From Candidatus Krumholzibacteriia bacterium (GTDB lineage: Bacteria > Krumholzibacteriota > Krumholzibacteriia > LZORAL124-64-63), in contig JAZBOO010000374.1 of the NCBI GenBank assembly GCA_036351155.1, positions 1 through 55,881 on the forward strand: DNA of 55,881 nucleotides, read 5' to 3'. The first letter of the stretch is position 1; every line of letters starts with the position of its first letter. This document shows, piece by piece, positions 36,375 through 45,276 of the stretch. Position numbers and translations under genes: made by a program. The notes beneath the pieces were generated by a model, which saw only the letters and a program-made list of their open reading frames with translations, was not told the origin of the DNA and made no database searches.

Positions 36375-37311
36375 GGCCCACACCGAAAACCTGCCGCCGC
36401 TGGCGGTGGTCGTGGTCAACTGGAATGGCCGGCACGACCTGGAAGATTGCTTCCGGACCTTGCATGACACGGGCTATCCCGGCTTGCGGATCATCATGGT
36501 GGACAACGGATCCGAGGACGATTCCATCGCCTGGACCGAAGCCCACTATCCGGAAGTGGAGATCATGCCGACGGGCAGCAATCTGCGCTGGGCCGGAGGC
36601 AACAATTACGCTCTGCGCCGGTTGCGGGACGAATCCTATCCCGGACACATTCTGCTGCTGAACAACGACACCCTGGTGCCCGAAGGCAGTCTGCGGCGAC
36701 TGGTGACCGCGCTGGAAGAAGATCCGTCGGCCTGGGCGGCCACACCCCGCATTTGTTTTGCCTCCGATCCTTCCCGGGTCTGGTATGATGGAGGTCGAGT
36801 CGGGCATTACACCGGCTGGATCAAGCATCATGGAATCAGGCAGCTGGCCGGCAAGTTGCCCATGGATTCCCGCTACGTGGACTATGGCACCGGGTGCGCG
36901 CTGCTGCTGGCCCCGGGGCTTTGCCTCCGGATCGGTCTGCTGGACGAGCAGTACCATTTTTACGGGGAAGATGCCGACTTCTCCCTGCGCATCACGGCCG
37001 CCGGTGGACGGATCAAGCACGTGCCCAAGTCCCTGGTGCTGCATAAGGTGAGTTCCTCGGTGGGGCGCCAGAGCCCCCGCCGGGCCTGGTTGCGCTCGCG
37101 AAGTCATGTGCGGCTGTTGAAGACCCACTGGCCCAGGCACTGGTGGCTTCCTCTGGTGGCCAGCCAGGCGGTGTTCCTGGCCGGCCACTCGGCCTGGAAC
37201 CTGTGGATCGGCAAGCCTGATACGGCATTTGCCGTCTGGAAGGGCGCCCTCGACGAGCTGGTCGACCGTCCTTATCGCGAGGAACTCAAAACCAAACCAG
37301 GAGACAGCTAG
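36367..37311 (+). CDS. GT2 glycosyltransferase (rhamnosyltransferase-like, soluble)
   Basis: LAVVVVNWNGRHDLEDCFRTL, MVDNGSEDDS, NLRWAGGNNYALR, FYGEDADFSLR. The GTG at 36367 overlaps the upstream stop by 8 nt. Confidence 0.8.
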   Translation: MSEAHTENLPPLAVVVVNWNGRHDLEDCFRTLHDTGYPGLRIIMVDNGSEDDSIAWTEAHYPEVEIMPTGSNLRWAGGNNYALRRLRDESYPGHILLLNNDTLVPEGSLRRLVTALEEDPSAWAATPRICFASDPSRVWYDGGRVGHYTGWIKHHGIRQLAGKLPMDSRYVDYGTGCALLLAPGLCLRIGLLDEQYHFYGEDADFSLRITAAGGRIKHVPKSLVLHKVSSSVGRQSPRRAWLRSRSHVRLLKTHWPRHWWLPLVASQAVFLAGHSAWNLWIGKPDTAFAVWKGALDELVDRPYREELKTKPGDS

Positions 37312-39912
37312 GTGGCCCGAAGTAACCGCAGAAAATCTCCCGTTTCGCGTGCAGAGGTGCGGCCCGGAAGCCGGGGCTGGCCAGGCCTCGACCTGAGCCG
37401 TGGTCCCTGGCGCTGGGTGTTGACCGCGGGCGTGTTGCTCATCTTCCTGGCCGTGCTGTACCCCGAGCCCATGTTCCAGGGGAAAGTTTTCCAGAGCGCC
37501 GACAGCTCCAACGCCGAGGCCTTTTCTGCCGTGGGCGAGGCTTCCCTGGCCGAGGGGCATTACCCCCTGTGGAATCCCTACCTCTTCGGGGGCATGCCCA
37601 CTTTCGGTTCCACCGCTTTCGTGAAGTATATCTATCCGGTGACGGCGGTTTTCAACTTTCTGCAGGGAACGCTGGGCTTTCCCCCGATGACCTGGATGCT
37701 GGGGCACCTCCTGTTCGGAGGCCTGGGCATGGCCTGGCTGCTGGGACGGTGGAAGCTTCCCCTGGGTGCGGTGCTGCTGGGCGCGGTGGCCTTCCTGCTG
37801 TTTCCGCGGATCGTGGCCTGGGGCGTGCACGGCCACGGGACCAAGCTGGGCGCCGCCATGTATCTGCCCTGGATCCTGGGCTGGGCCTTGCGGGTGCTGG
37901 ACGGTCGCGGCTGGCGGGCCGTGGGCATGACGGGGCTGCTCCTGGGGCTGCAGCTGCTGCGGAGTCATCCGCAAATCACCTACTACACCCTGTTGACCGT
38001 GGGGTGGCTGGCCCTGTGGCTGACGGTTTTTCCCGCGGAAGAGTGGACGCGGCCAAAGACTCCCCGCTGGCGCTGGCTCCGCCTGGGTCAGCTGGGTCTG
38101 GGGCTGGGGCTGGGATTCATGATCGGGGCCATCCTGCTTTTGCCGGTGCACGAGTACTCGGGTCTTTCCATCCGGGGACAGGACACCGCCGGTGGAGGCG
38201 GTGTGGGCCTGGACTACGCCACCGCCTGGAGCCTGGCTCCTGCCGAGATGGGCACCTTCGTGCTGCCGGCGGCCGCGGGTTTCGGCAAGGCCACCTACAT
38301 GGGGCACATGCCCTTCACCGATTACCCCAACTATTTCGGGATTCTCCTGCTGGTCCTGGCGTTGGTGGGGTTCTGGCATGGCGCCCGCAGCTGGTTTGGC
38401 GCCTTGCTTTCCCTGGCCTTGCTGGCCTTGCTGGTCAGCTTCGGGAATTTCGGTTTCGGGTTTTACGAGTTGCTCTACGACCACCTGCCCTTCTTCAACA
38501 AGTTTCGCGTGCCTTCGATGATCCTGGTGTTGACCGCCCTGGCCGTGGCTCTGCTGGCCGCCCGCGGTGTGACCGCCTGGATCCGGTGCCTTCAGGCGGA
38601 AGGGGACAGCACCGTGTCCTGGCCCCTGGGGGATCGCCGGGTTTTGCCGGGCGCACTGGCTCTGACCGGGCTGTTCATCCTGTTGCTGGGCATGAGCGGC
38701 GCGGGCCGGGAAGGCTATCTGAGCAGCTTGCAGACCATGGCGGCCCAGTCGGGCAAGCAGGCGGCCGATGTGCTGCTGAAAGAAGCCTGGTACTTGCAGA
38801 AGTCCAGCCTCATTCGCATTGGCTTGTTGCTGCTCACCGCGGGGGCGGCCTTCTGGGCCTCGGTGCGCCAACCCGGCCGTCTGGCCCCGGCGCTGCCCTG
38901 GATCTTGCTGGTGCTGGTGGGGATGGATCTGGGCGGAATCAATCGTCTGATCGTGAACCCGGACCAGGGTCTATTCTCCGTGGCCCGGGACAGTCAGGGT
39001 CGGGGGCAGCTGGTGACCGCACCGCCCCTGTTGCAGACGCCCAGAACCGTCCGCGCCGAGCAGTCCGGGCCTGCCGCCGACCAGCTGGCCAAGCTGACCG
39101 AGCACGATCGCCTGTGGCCCCTGGGGCAGTACAGTGCGGGCAACTTCTGGATGGCTGACCGTATCCGCTCCCTGGGCGGCTACCATCCGGCCAAGCTGGC
39201 GGGTTTTGAGCAGATCCGCCGTCGGCTCTTCGATCAGCAGCAGCCTTCCGGGCACCTGGCCAGCTGGCTGGCTGGACGTGTGGTGGTCTTCGACCGGGCG
39301 CTCTCCGACAATGACCTGGGTTTTCTGGAGCAAGTGGGGGCCCGCCTGGTTCCCGAAGGTGCCAACGTGGCGGCCCCCTTCATCTATCGCAACATCTCCG
39401 CCTTGCCCCGTGCTCGCCTGGTCTCCCGGTGGCTGCCGGTGGAGGCGTTGCCTGAAAAGGACGCTCTGGAGCCCTTTCTGGACGCTCTGGCCGCGGGGGC
39501 CATCGATTATCGGGAGGTTGTTCACCTGAACGCCAGGCCGGACCCTGAGCCCGCCGAGGCCCCAGGGGACCTGACTCCGCCCGTTTTCCTGACCGACGGC
39601 CTGGATGAAGTGGTTCTGGAGGTGGATATCCCCCGCTCGGCCCTGCTCTTGCTTGCTGATATGAATGCTCCCGGCTGGGCGGTCGAGATCGACGGCCAGC
39701 CGGCCCAGCTGTTGACCGCCGACCTGGTGCTCAGGGCGGTGGCCTTGCCTGCCGGTCGCCATGAGGTCCGGTTCCATTTCAGCGATCCCGCCGTGGGACG
39801 GGGCCTTGCCCTGACCATTGCCGGCGTTTTGTTGGCCCTGGCCCTGGTGATCTGGCCCCTGGTGGCCGCTCGTCTGGGTAAGAAGCCCGCGGGGGAGGTG
39901 GCCCATGTCTAG
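37312..39912 (+). CDS. YfhO-family GT-C-fold membrane glycosyltransferase
   Basis: HYPLWNPYLFGGMPTFGSTAF, the YfhO N-terminal signature, then many TM spans and a large C-terminal extracytoplasmic domain with a final TM. GTG directly after the upstream TAG. Confidence 0.75.
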   Translation: MARSNRRKSPVSRAEVRPGSRGWPGLDLSRGPWRWVLTAGVLLIFLAVLYPEPMFQGKVFQSADSSNAEAFSAVGEASLAEGHYPLWNPYLFGGMPTFGSTAFVKYIYPVTAVFNFLQGTLGFPPMTWMLGHLLFGGLGMAWLLGRWKLPLGAVLLGAVAFLLFPRIVAWGVHGHGTKLGAAMYLPWILGWALRVLDGRGWRAVGMTGLLLGLQLLRSHPQITYYTLLTVGWLALWLTVFPAEEWTRPKTPRWRWLRLGQLGLGLGLGFMIGAILLLPVHEYSGLSIRGQDTAGGGGVGLDYATAWSLAPAEMGTFVLPAAAGFGKATYMGHMPFTDYPNYFGILLLVLALVGFWHGARSWFGALLSLALLALLVSFGNFGFGFYELLYDHLPFFNKFRVPSMILVLTALAVALLAARGVTAWIRCLQAEGDSTVSWPLGDRRVLPGALALTGLFILLLGMSGAGREGYLSSLQTMAAQSGKQAADVLLKEAWYLQKSSLIRIGLLLLTAGAAFWASVRQPGRLAPALPWILLVLVGMDLGGINRLIVNPDQGLFSVARDSQGRGQLVTAPPLLQTPRTVRAEQSGPAADQLAKLTEHDRLWPLGQYSAGNFWMADRIRSLGGYHPAKLAGFEQIRRRLFDQQQPSGHLASWLAGRVVVFDRALSDNDLGFLEQVGARLVPEGANVAAPFIYRNISALPRARLVSRWLPVEALPEKDALEPFLDALAAGAIDYREVVHLNARPDPEPAEAPGDLTPPVFLTDGLDEVVLEVDIPRSALLLLADMNAPGWAVEIDGQPAQLLTADLVLRAVALPAGRHEVRFHFSDPAVGRGLALTIAGVLLALALVIWPLVAARLGKKPAGEVAHV

Positions 39913-40663
39913 CTTGCCGCAGGACCAGTCCGGATTGCCCGTTCTGGGACCCATCCGCACCGCGGTGGTGGTGGTGCCGACCTACAACGAGGCCGAAAAT
40001 GTGGGACGGCTGATTCCCCTGATCCTGGCCCGTGACCCTCGTCTTTCGGTGCTGGTGGTCGATGACAATTCGCCGGACGGCACCGGTGCCGTGGTGAAGG
40101 GATTGCCGGGTTTCGGGGACCGGGTCCTTCTGCTGGAGCGACCGGGCAAGGCCGGGCTGGGTGCGGCCTATATTGCCGGCTTTCAGTGGATCCTCGAGCA
40201 TACCGAATTCGACGCGGTGTTCGAGATGGATGCGGACTTCAGCCACCAGCCCGAAGCCCTGGACCATTTTCTGGAGGAGATCGACAGCCATGACCTGGTC
40301 CTGGGGAGCCGGTACCTGGAAGGCGTGACGGTGGTCAACTGGCCCCTGAGGCGGTTGATTCTCAGCGTGGGGGCGAACATCTACGCGCGCTTCGTCACCG
40401 GGATGCCCATCAAGGATTCCACCGGTGGGTTCAAGTGCTTCCGCCGGGCAACCCTGGAGCGGTTACCCCTGGACAGCATCAAGAGTGACGGGTACTCCTT
40501 CCAGATCGAGATGAACTACCACTGCTGGCGTCGTGGACTGAGGATCAAGGAGATTCCCATCATGTTCGTCGACCGCGCGGTCGGCGTGTCGAAGATGAGC
40601 AAGAAGATCATCGTCGAAGCCATGTGGATGGTGTGGGCACTGCGCCTGCGCCGCATACCCTGA
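39905..40663 (+). CDS. polyprenol-monophosphomannose synthase (Ppm1/DPM1-like GT2)
   Basis: VVVPTYNEAENV, VVDDNSPDGTG, GLGAAYIAGF, MDADFSHQP, DSTGGFKCFRR, GYSFQIEM closely matches the dolichyl/polyprenyl-P-mannose synthase pattern. Confidence 0.88.
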   Translation: MSSLPQDQSGLPVLGPIRTAVVVVPTYNEAENVGRLIPLILARDPRLSVLVVDDNSPDGTGAVVKGLPGFGDRVLLLERPGKAGLGAAYIAGFQWILEHTEFDAVFEMDADFSHQPEALDHFLEEIDSHDLVLGSRYLEGVTVVNWPLRRLILSVGANIYARFVTGMPIKDSTGGFKCFRRATLERLPLDSIKSDGYSFQIEMNYHCWRRGLRIKEIPIMFVDRAVGVSKMSKKIIVEAMWMVWALRLRRIP

Positions 40664-40676
40664 CCGGGGAGATCGG

Positions 40677-42830
40677 GTGAAACTGGCCGTCGTCATCGTC
40701 CACTACAACGCGAGTGCCGATCTGGATCGGTGCCTCGAGTCGCTGACTGCCTGTGCTCCCCGTTTTGCCCACGAGATCATCATCGTCGACAATGCTTCAC
40801 AGGATGAGGGCCTGGCCGAGGTGCACCGCAACTACCGTGAGTTTCGCTGGGTTTTCAGCCAGGAGAACACGGGCTACTCGCGGGGTGTGAACCTGGGCAT
40901 GGAGCAGGTGGAGGCCGAGTACTACCTGGTCTTGAACCCGGACATCGTGGTGCAGCCCGGGGCTCTGGATCGGCTGGTGGAATTTGCCGATCAGTCCCCT
41001 CGAGCGGGGATCATCGGGCCCCAGCTTTTGAACGAGGATGGGTCGCTTCAGGAATCGTGTCGGCGTTTCTACACATTGAATACCCTGCTTCTGCGGCGGA
41101 CCTTCCTGGGCAAGATCTTTCCCAACAGCGAGACCGTGCGTCGGTATCTGATGCAGGATTTCGATCATCAATCCAGCCGTCCGGTGGACTGGGTGCTGGG
41201 CGGGTGTATCCTGGTGCGCCGGTCGGCCATGGACCGCACCGGACCCATGGATGAACGCTTTTTCCTGTATTTCGAGGACGTGGACTGGTGCTACCGGATG
41301 TGGCAGGCCGGGCACGAGGTGCTGTACACACCCGATGCCCGATTCATGCACCGGCATCGGCGCGACAGTGCCCGGGGCACCTTCAATCGCACGTTCTGGA
41401 TGCATCTGGGCAGCCTCATTTCCTTCTACGAAAAGTGGGGTATGCTGGTCTGGCTGGCCAAGAAGTGGCGAGGACCGTTGATGGTCACCTTGCTGTGGGC
41501 CGCGGATATGCTGGGCCTGCTGGTGGCTTTCGGGGCGGCCTACGGCCTGCGCGGGATGGCCGACCGGCTGATGCCCGGTCTGTTTGCCGAGGACCTTTTT
41601 CCCTTCGGGGAGTATCGCCCGCTCCTGCTTTTCTCGATGCTGGTGGCCTCGGTCACCTTCCTGATGACCGGGCGGTATCGGGCCCGGCGTCAGCGGCGAC
41701 CGCGTCCCTTCGCCGAGCATTTCAAGCAGATGGGAGCCGTGGCTCTCCTGTTGATGGCCAGCAGTTACCTGGGCCACCTGGAGGTGGTCAGTCGGGCCGT
41801 GTTGCTGGCCTTCGTGCCCTTGCTGGCGGTGACCACGCTGCTGGCCGAGCTCACCTTCCGCACCTTGATGGGGCGCCTGGAAAAAGGACGCCTGTCTCTG
41901 GAGAGAACCCTGCTGGTGGGCTCACCGGCGGTGCTCGGATCGTGGCTTGCCGAGACTCCCGACCTGTCCGACACTCTGCTGGAGCAGGGCGTGGATGTGG
42001 CCGGCTATCTGGGCACCATGGAATCGGCCACGGCCGGCTTGCCTCCCCTGGCCGGCGGCGCCATCCCCTGGTTGGGCCATGCCGACGAGATCCTGGAAGT
42101 GGTGCGCCGGTACCGGATCAGCCAGGTGGTATTCTGGAGCGGTCCCGATGGCTCGGAAGCTTCCTGGAAGCAGCTGGCTGGATTGCGCCGATTGCGGGTG
42201 CGTCTGTGCTGGCAGGTGCCCGAGGTCTGGCTCCTGGCCGCCCGTTCACGGACCGAGGTGTTCGGTTCCGGGCTCAGTGCGGTCAAGGAAAGCAGTGGTG
42301 GAGCCTTTCTTCAGACTCTGGGACGCAGGATGCTCGGGATCCTCACGGCCCTGGTTCTGGGGCTGCTGTCCTGGCCCTTCTGGCTGCTGCTCAGGGTCTG
42401 GCGCCTTCCCCGAGGCTCCGCCCGCCGGGAAAAAGTCACCCTGACCGACGTCTGGGGTCACGATCCCACGGTCTCTCTGGTGCAGGGTGCTCAAGGGAAT
42501 CTGCTGCCTCTGTGGTGGCAATGGGGACTGGTTTCGGCCTTGTGGCGCGGGAGCTTGGCGCCCTGGGGCCCTCGGGCCGTTCCCGAAGGTGAAGTGGAAG
42601 TGCCCCGTGATTCGGCGCAAATTCTGGCGTTCTGGCAAGCTGAGCCCGCCGCTCCGGGGTTGACGGGACCGTGGGCCACATCCGAGGAAAGAGGATGGCT
42701 GCGATTCAAGGCTATCTGGTGTCAATTCTGGAAATCTCCGGCCGGCCTGGACCATTCCGGTTCCCGCCGGCTGCAGGAAATGGACATACTCACTCCATCC
42801 CGTTCCACGGGGGAGGTTGAAGAAACATGA
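40677..42830 (+). CDS. fusion: N-terminal GT2 + WbaP-like large phosphoglycosyl-transferase scaffold whose catalytic domain looks degenerate
   Basis: GT2: VVIVHYNASADLDRCL, VDNASQDEG, ENTGYSRGVN, YFEDVDWCYR. Then 4-5 TM spans and a Rossmann-like TLLVGSPAVLGSW...RYRISQVVFW. Then a Bac_transf-like stretch (RRMLGILTALVLGLLSWPFWLLL ... LWRGSLAPWGPRA ... APGLTGPWA) without an obvious Asp-Glu dyad. Confidence 0.65.
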   Translation: MKLAVVIVHYNASADLDRCLESLTACAPRFAHEIIIVDNASQDEGLAEVHRNYREFRWVFSQENTGYSRGVNLGMEQVEAEYYLVLNPDIVVQPGALDRLVEFADQSPRAGIIGPQLLNEDGSLQESCRRFYTLNTLLLRRTFLGKIFPNSETVRRYLMQDFDHQSSRPVDWVLGGCILVRRSAMDRTGPMDERFFLYFEDVDWCYRMWQAGHEVLYTPDARFMHRHRRDSARGTFNRTFWMHLGSLISFYEKWGMLVWLAKKWRGPLMVTLLWAADMLGLLVAFGAAYGLRGMADRLMPGLFAEDLFPFGEYRPLLLFSMLVASVTFLMTGRYRARRQRRPRPFAEHFKQMGAVALLLMASSYLGHLEVVSRAVLLAFVPLLAVTTLLAELTFRTLMGRLEKGRLSLERTLLVGSPAVLGSWLAETPDLSDTLLEQGVDVAGYLGTMESATAGLPPLAGGAIPWLGHADEILEVVRRYRISQVVFWSGPDGSEASWKQLAGLRRLRVRLCWQVPEVWLLAARSRTEVFGSGLSAVKESSGGAFLQTLGRRMLGILTALVLGLLSWPFWLLLRVWRLPRGSARREKVTLTDVWGHDPTVSLVQGAQGNLLPLWWQWGLVSALWRGSLAPWGPRAVPEGEVEVPRDSAQILAFWQAEPAAPGLTGPWATSEERGWLRFKAIWCQFWKSPAGLDHSGSRRLQEMDILTPSRSTGEVEET

Positions 42831-45253
42831 TGAATCTTTTTTCCAAGATCCGATGGGTCCTGGGTACATTGTTGCTCTGCCTGATGACCCTGTCCTCTCT
42901 GGCGTATGGCCAGTCGGTGGACTTCACACCCTATCTCAATGCGCGCAGCGTGGTCTCCCTCTGGGACAGTGGGTCACGCATATTCGCTGGTCTGGATGAG
43001 GGCGGACTGGTGATCTGGGAGCACGATGACATGGATGCTCCCCGCCGCCTCGTCGCCGGCAGCGGTCTTTCCGGAAACCAGATTGCCGACATGGCCTGGT
43101 CCGGCCGCCACCTCTGGGTGGCCACTCGCGAAGGGGGCTTGACCCGGATCGGCAATCCCGACGGTGAGCTGGAGTTCCGGCAGTATTCCTCGAACCTGGG
43201 TGACCTCGCCTTGACCGCGGTGGCGGCCACTTTGCTGGGAGAGAGCGAGCGTGTGTTCTACGCCATGGATGGGGCGGGGATCGGCCGCATTGTCGATGGC
43301 CTGCCCGGGGCGCTCTACAGTGCAGAACAGGATGGCCTGATCGACAACAACGTCAATGCCCTGGCATTCTTCGAGGACCGGCTGTTCGTGGCCACCCCCT
43401 CGGGGATTTCCCGCTTCGTCAACAATGCCTTCACCGATGTCAATGATGGTCTGGGCAATCTGGTCATCAACGACCTGATCGTGGACACCGCGGGTGATCT
43501 GCTGGCTGCCGGCAACGGGGGCGTGTACCGATGGGATGCCGAGGAAGAATTCTGGACCACGATTTCCAGTTTCGGTAGCTGGGCACTTGAGCTGGCCAGT
43601 GGTCCCCTGGGGACGTTTGGTCTGGGGCTGGGGGCCGGCAATACGGGTATTGTACGCCAGTTCACCGGAGGAGAATGGGTGACCCTGACGCGGCCTTATC
43701 CTCGGACCCGCTCTCTCTGCGCCGACCACGACCTGTTGATCGGCGGCCAGTATGTTCCCGATGGTATGACCGGGGCCGTGGGTTTTGGTTTCCTCGGCCG
43801 CTACGACGAAGCCATGGCCATCGAGACCTGGGAGATGGAAGCTTCTCTGGTCCGGAATGCCCACGGCATCACTTTCGGCCTGGACGGGACGCCCTGGATC
43901 GGGTCCCACAACGCGGACGCCGTATCCAATCTGCAACCTGACGGGTGGGCCAGTATCTACGAACTGGCTTCGGCGGAGAACGATTCCTCCGGTTTGATGA
44001 ACTTCAGCTCGAACTTCCTGTGCATGGCCACCGGCACCGATGGCGTCATTTACGGCGCCCAGTATACGGCCGGGGTGATACGCCACGACCCGGTGGCGGG
44101 ACGCAGCCATATCATGATGCCATCCAACTGCGGGCTCACCGATGGAAATGTCGTGAACATGGTGGTGCACCCGGCAGGCCCGGTTTTCTTTCTGTACGAC
44201 TGGGGAAATGATATCACCAAGGTGGATATCCTGGTGAATCCGGACCAGTGGCGCAATCCCGAAAGCTGGGTTTCTCTGCCCCTGGGGGAAGGAGGACTGG
44301 GCACCGGCCCGACCTGCTGGGACGTTCTGTTCGAGCGCAACGATGTGATGTGGTTTGCCATGGAAGGCACAGGGCTGGTGCGCTGGGATCTCAATAGCGA
44401 TTTGCAGGGCCCCGACGATTCCTTGACCTGGCAGAACATGGCCGATGACCGATGGGATGAACCGGTGGCCGAGTTCCCCGGCACGTTCAATGACCCCCTG
44501 GATGCCGTGGCGCTGGCTCCGGGGCCGGACGGCACCATGTGGGTGGGAGGAAACGGGGTGACCCGGATCAGCTATGGTGAGTTTTCCCGGATCGTGGTGG
44601 TGGAGGAGCATTTCAGCCAGAAAAACAGCCCCTTTGGCGAGGGCCTGGTCAACGGTAATGTCGAGGACCTGGCCATCGATGCCAATGGACATCTCTGGGT
44701 GGCCACCCGGGCAGGACTCAACCGCGGGATCACCGAGGAGGGTGTCACCACCTTCCAGGCCTGGTTCGATCTCGGAAACTACCTGTCGGATTCCAGCTAT
44801 GCTTCGTTGTACTCTCCCGATGCCATCACGGTGTTGCCCGGCGGCCTGTACCGCAAGTTGCTGGCCAATCCCGACGGCACCGATCTGTTGTTGAGCTCTG
44901 ATCGGGGTGCCGTGCTGATCGAACCGGGGGCTGGATCAAGCGGAGGCGGCACCAGCGACAACCAGTCACGGGCCTATCTCTATCCCAACCCCTTCAAGCC
45001 CGCCGAAGGGCAAGGCAGCCTGAAGCTGGGCGGATTGGCGGCCGATGCGGTCAACGGAGATCCGGCCGAGGTGCAGATCTACAACATGGAGGGCCAGCTG
45101 GTTTTTGAAAACCTGGCGGTGTCCGCCGATGTCGGGTTCTGGGACGGGCGCAACATTTCCATCGAGCGCAATGACGTGACGACGGGTATGTACGTGGTCC
45201 GGATCACTTTTGCGGGACAGACTGTGGTCAAGACCCTGGCCATTCTGCGTTAA
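42827..45253 (+). CDS. secreted beta-propeller repeat protein (two-component-regulator-propeller-like) with C-terminal T9SS/FlgD-Ig-like sorting domain
   Basis: Signal MMNLFSKIRWVLGTLLLCLMTLSSLAYGQ. Recurrent V..L..D..G.LWVAT..GL.R repeats. C-terminus YLYPNPFKP...VQIYNMEGQLV...GFWDGRN...TGMYVVRITFAGQTVVKTLAILR. The ATG overlaps the upstream stop (ATGA). Confidence 0.75.
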   Translation: MMNLFSKIRWVLGTLLLCLMTLSSLAYGQSVDFTPYLNARSVVSLWDSGSRIFAGLDEGGLVIWEHDDMDAPRRLVAGSGLSGNQIADMAWSGRHLWVATREGGLTRIGNPDGELEFRQYSSNLGDLALTAVAATLLGESERVFYAMDGAGIGRIVDGLPGALYSAEQDGLIDNNVNALAFFEDRLFVATPSGISRFVNNAFTDVNDGLGNLVINDLIVDTAGDLLAAGNGGVYRWDAEEEFWTTISSFGSWALELASGPLGTFGLGLGAGNTGIVRQFTGGEWVTLTRPYPRTRSLCADHDLLIGGQYVPDGMTGAVGFGFLGRYDEAMAIETWEMEASLVRNAHGITFGLDGTPWIGSHNADAVSNLQPDGWASIYELASAENDSSGLMNFSSNFLCMATGTDGVIYGAQYTAGVIRHDPVAGRSHIMMPSNCGLTDGNVVNMVVHPAGPVFFLYDWGNDITKVDILVNPDQWRNPESWVSLPLGEGGLGTGPTCWDVLFERNDVMWFAMEGTGLVRWDLNSDLQGPDDSLTWQNMADDRWDEPVAEFPGTFNDPLDAVALAPGPDGTMWVGGNGVTRISYGEFSRIVVVEEHFSQKNSPFGEGLVNGNVEDLAIDANGHLWVATRAGLNRGITEEGVTTFQAWFDLGNYLSDSSYASLYSPDAITVLPGGLYRKLLANPDGTDLLLSSDRGAVLIEPGAGSSGGGTSDNQSRAYLYPNPFKPAEGQGSLKLGGLAADAVNGDPAEVQIYNMEGQLVFENLAVSADVGFWDGRNISIERNDVTTGMYVVRITFAGQTVVKTLAILR

Positions 45254-45276
45254 ACAGTCGGAGACAAGGAGCATCC

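Noticed and set aside
31372-38871. Long minus-strand ORFs (31372-34509, 34232-35539, 35247-36470, 36295-38871) opposite the glycosyltransferase genes
   Set aside because: All are antisense to ORFs with strong family motifs. Their translations are Gly/Pro/His/Gln-rich low-complexity with no TM or catalytic patterns. They are rejected as shadow ORFs.
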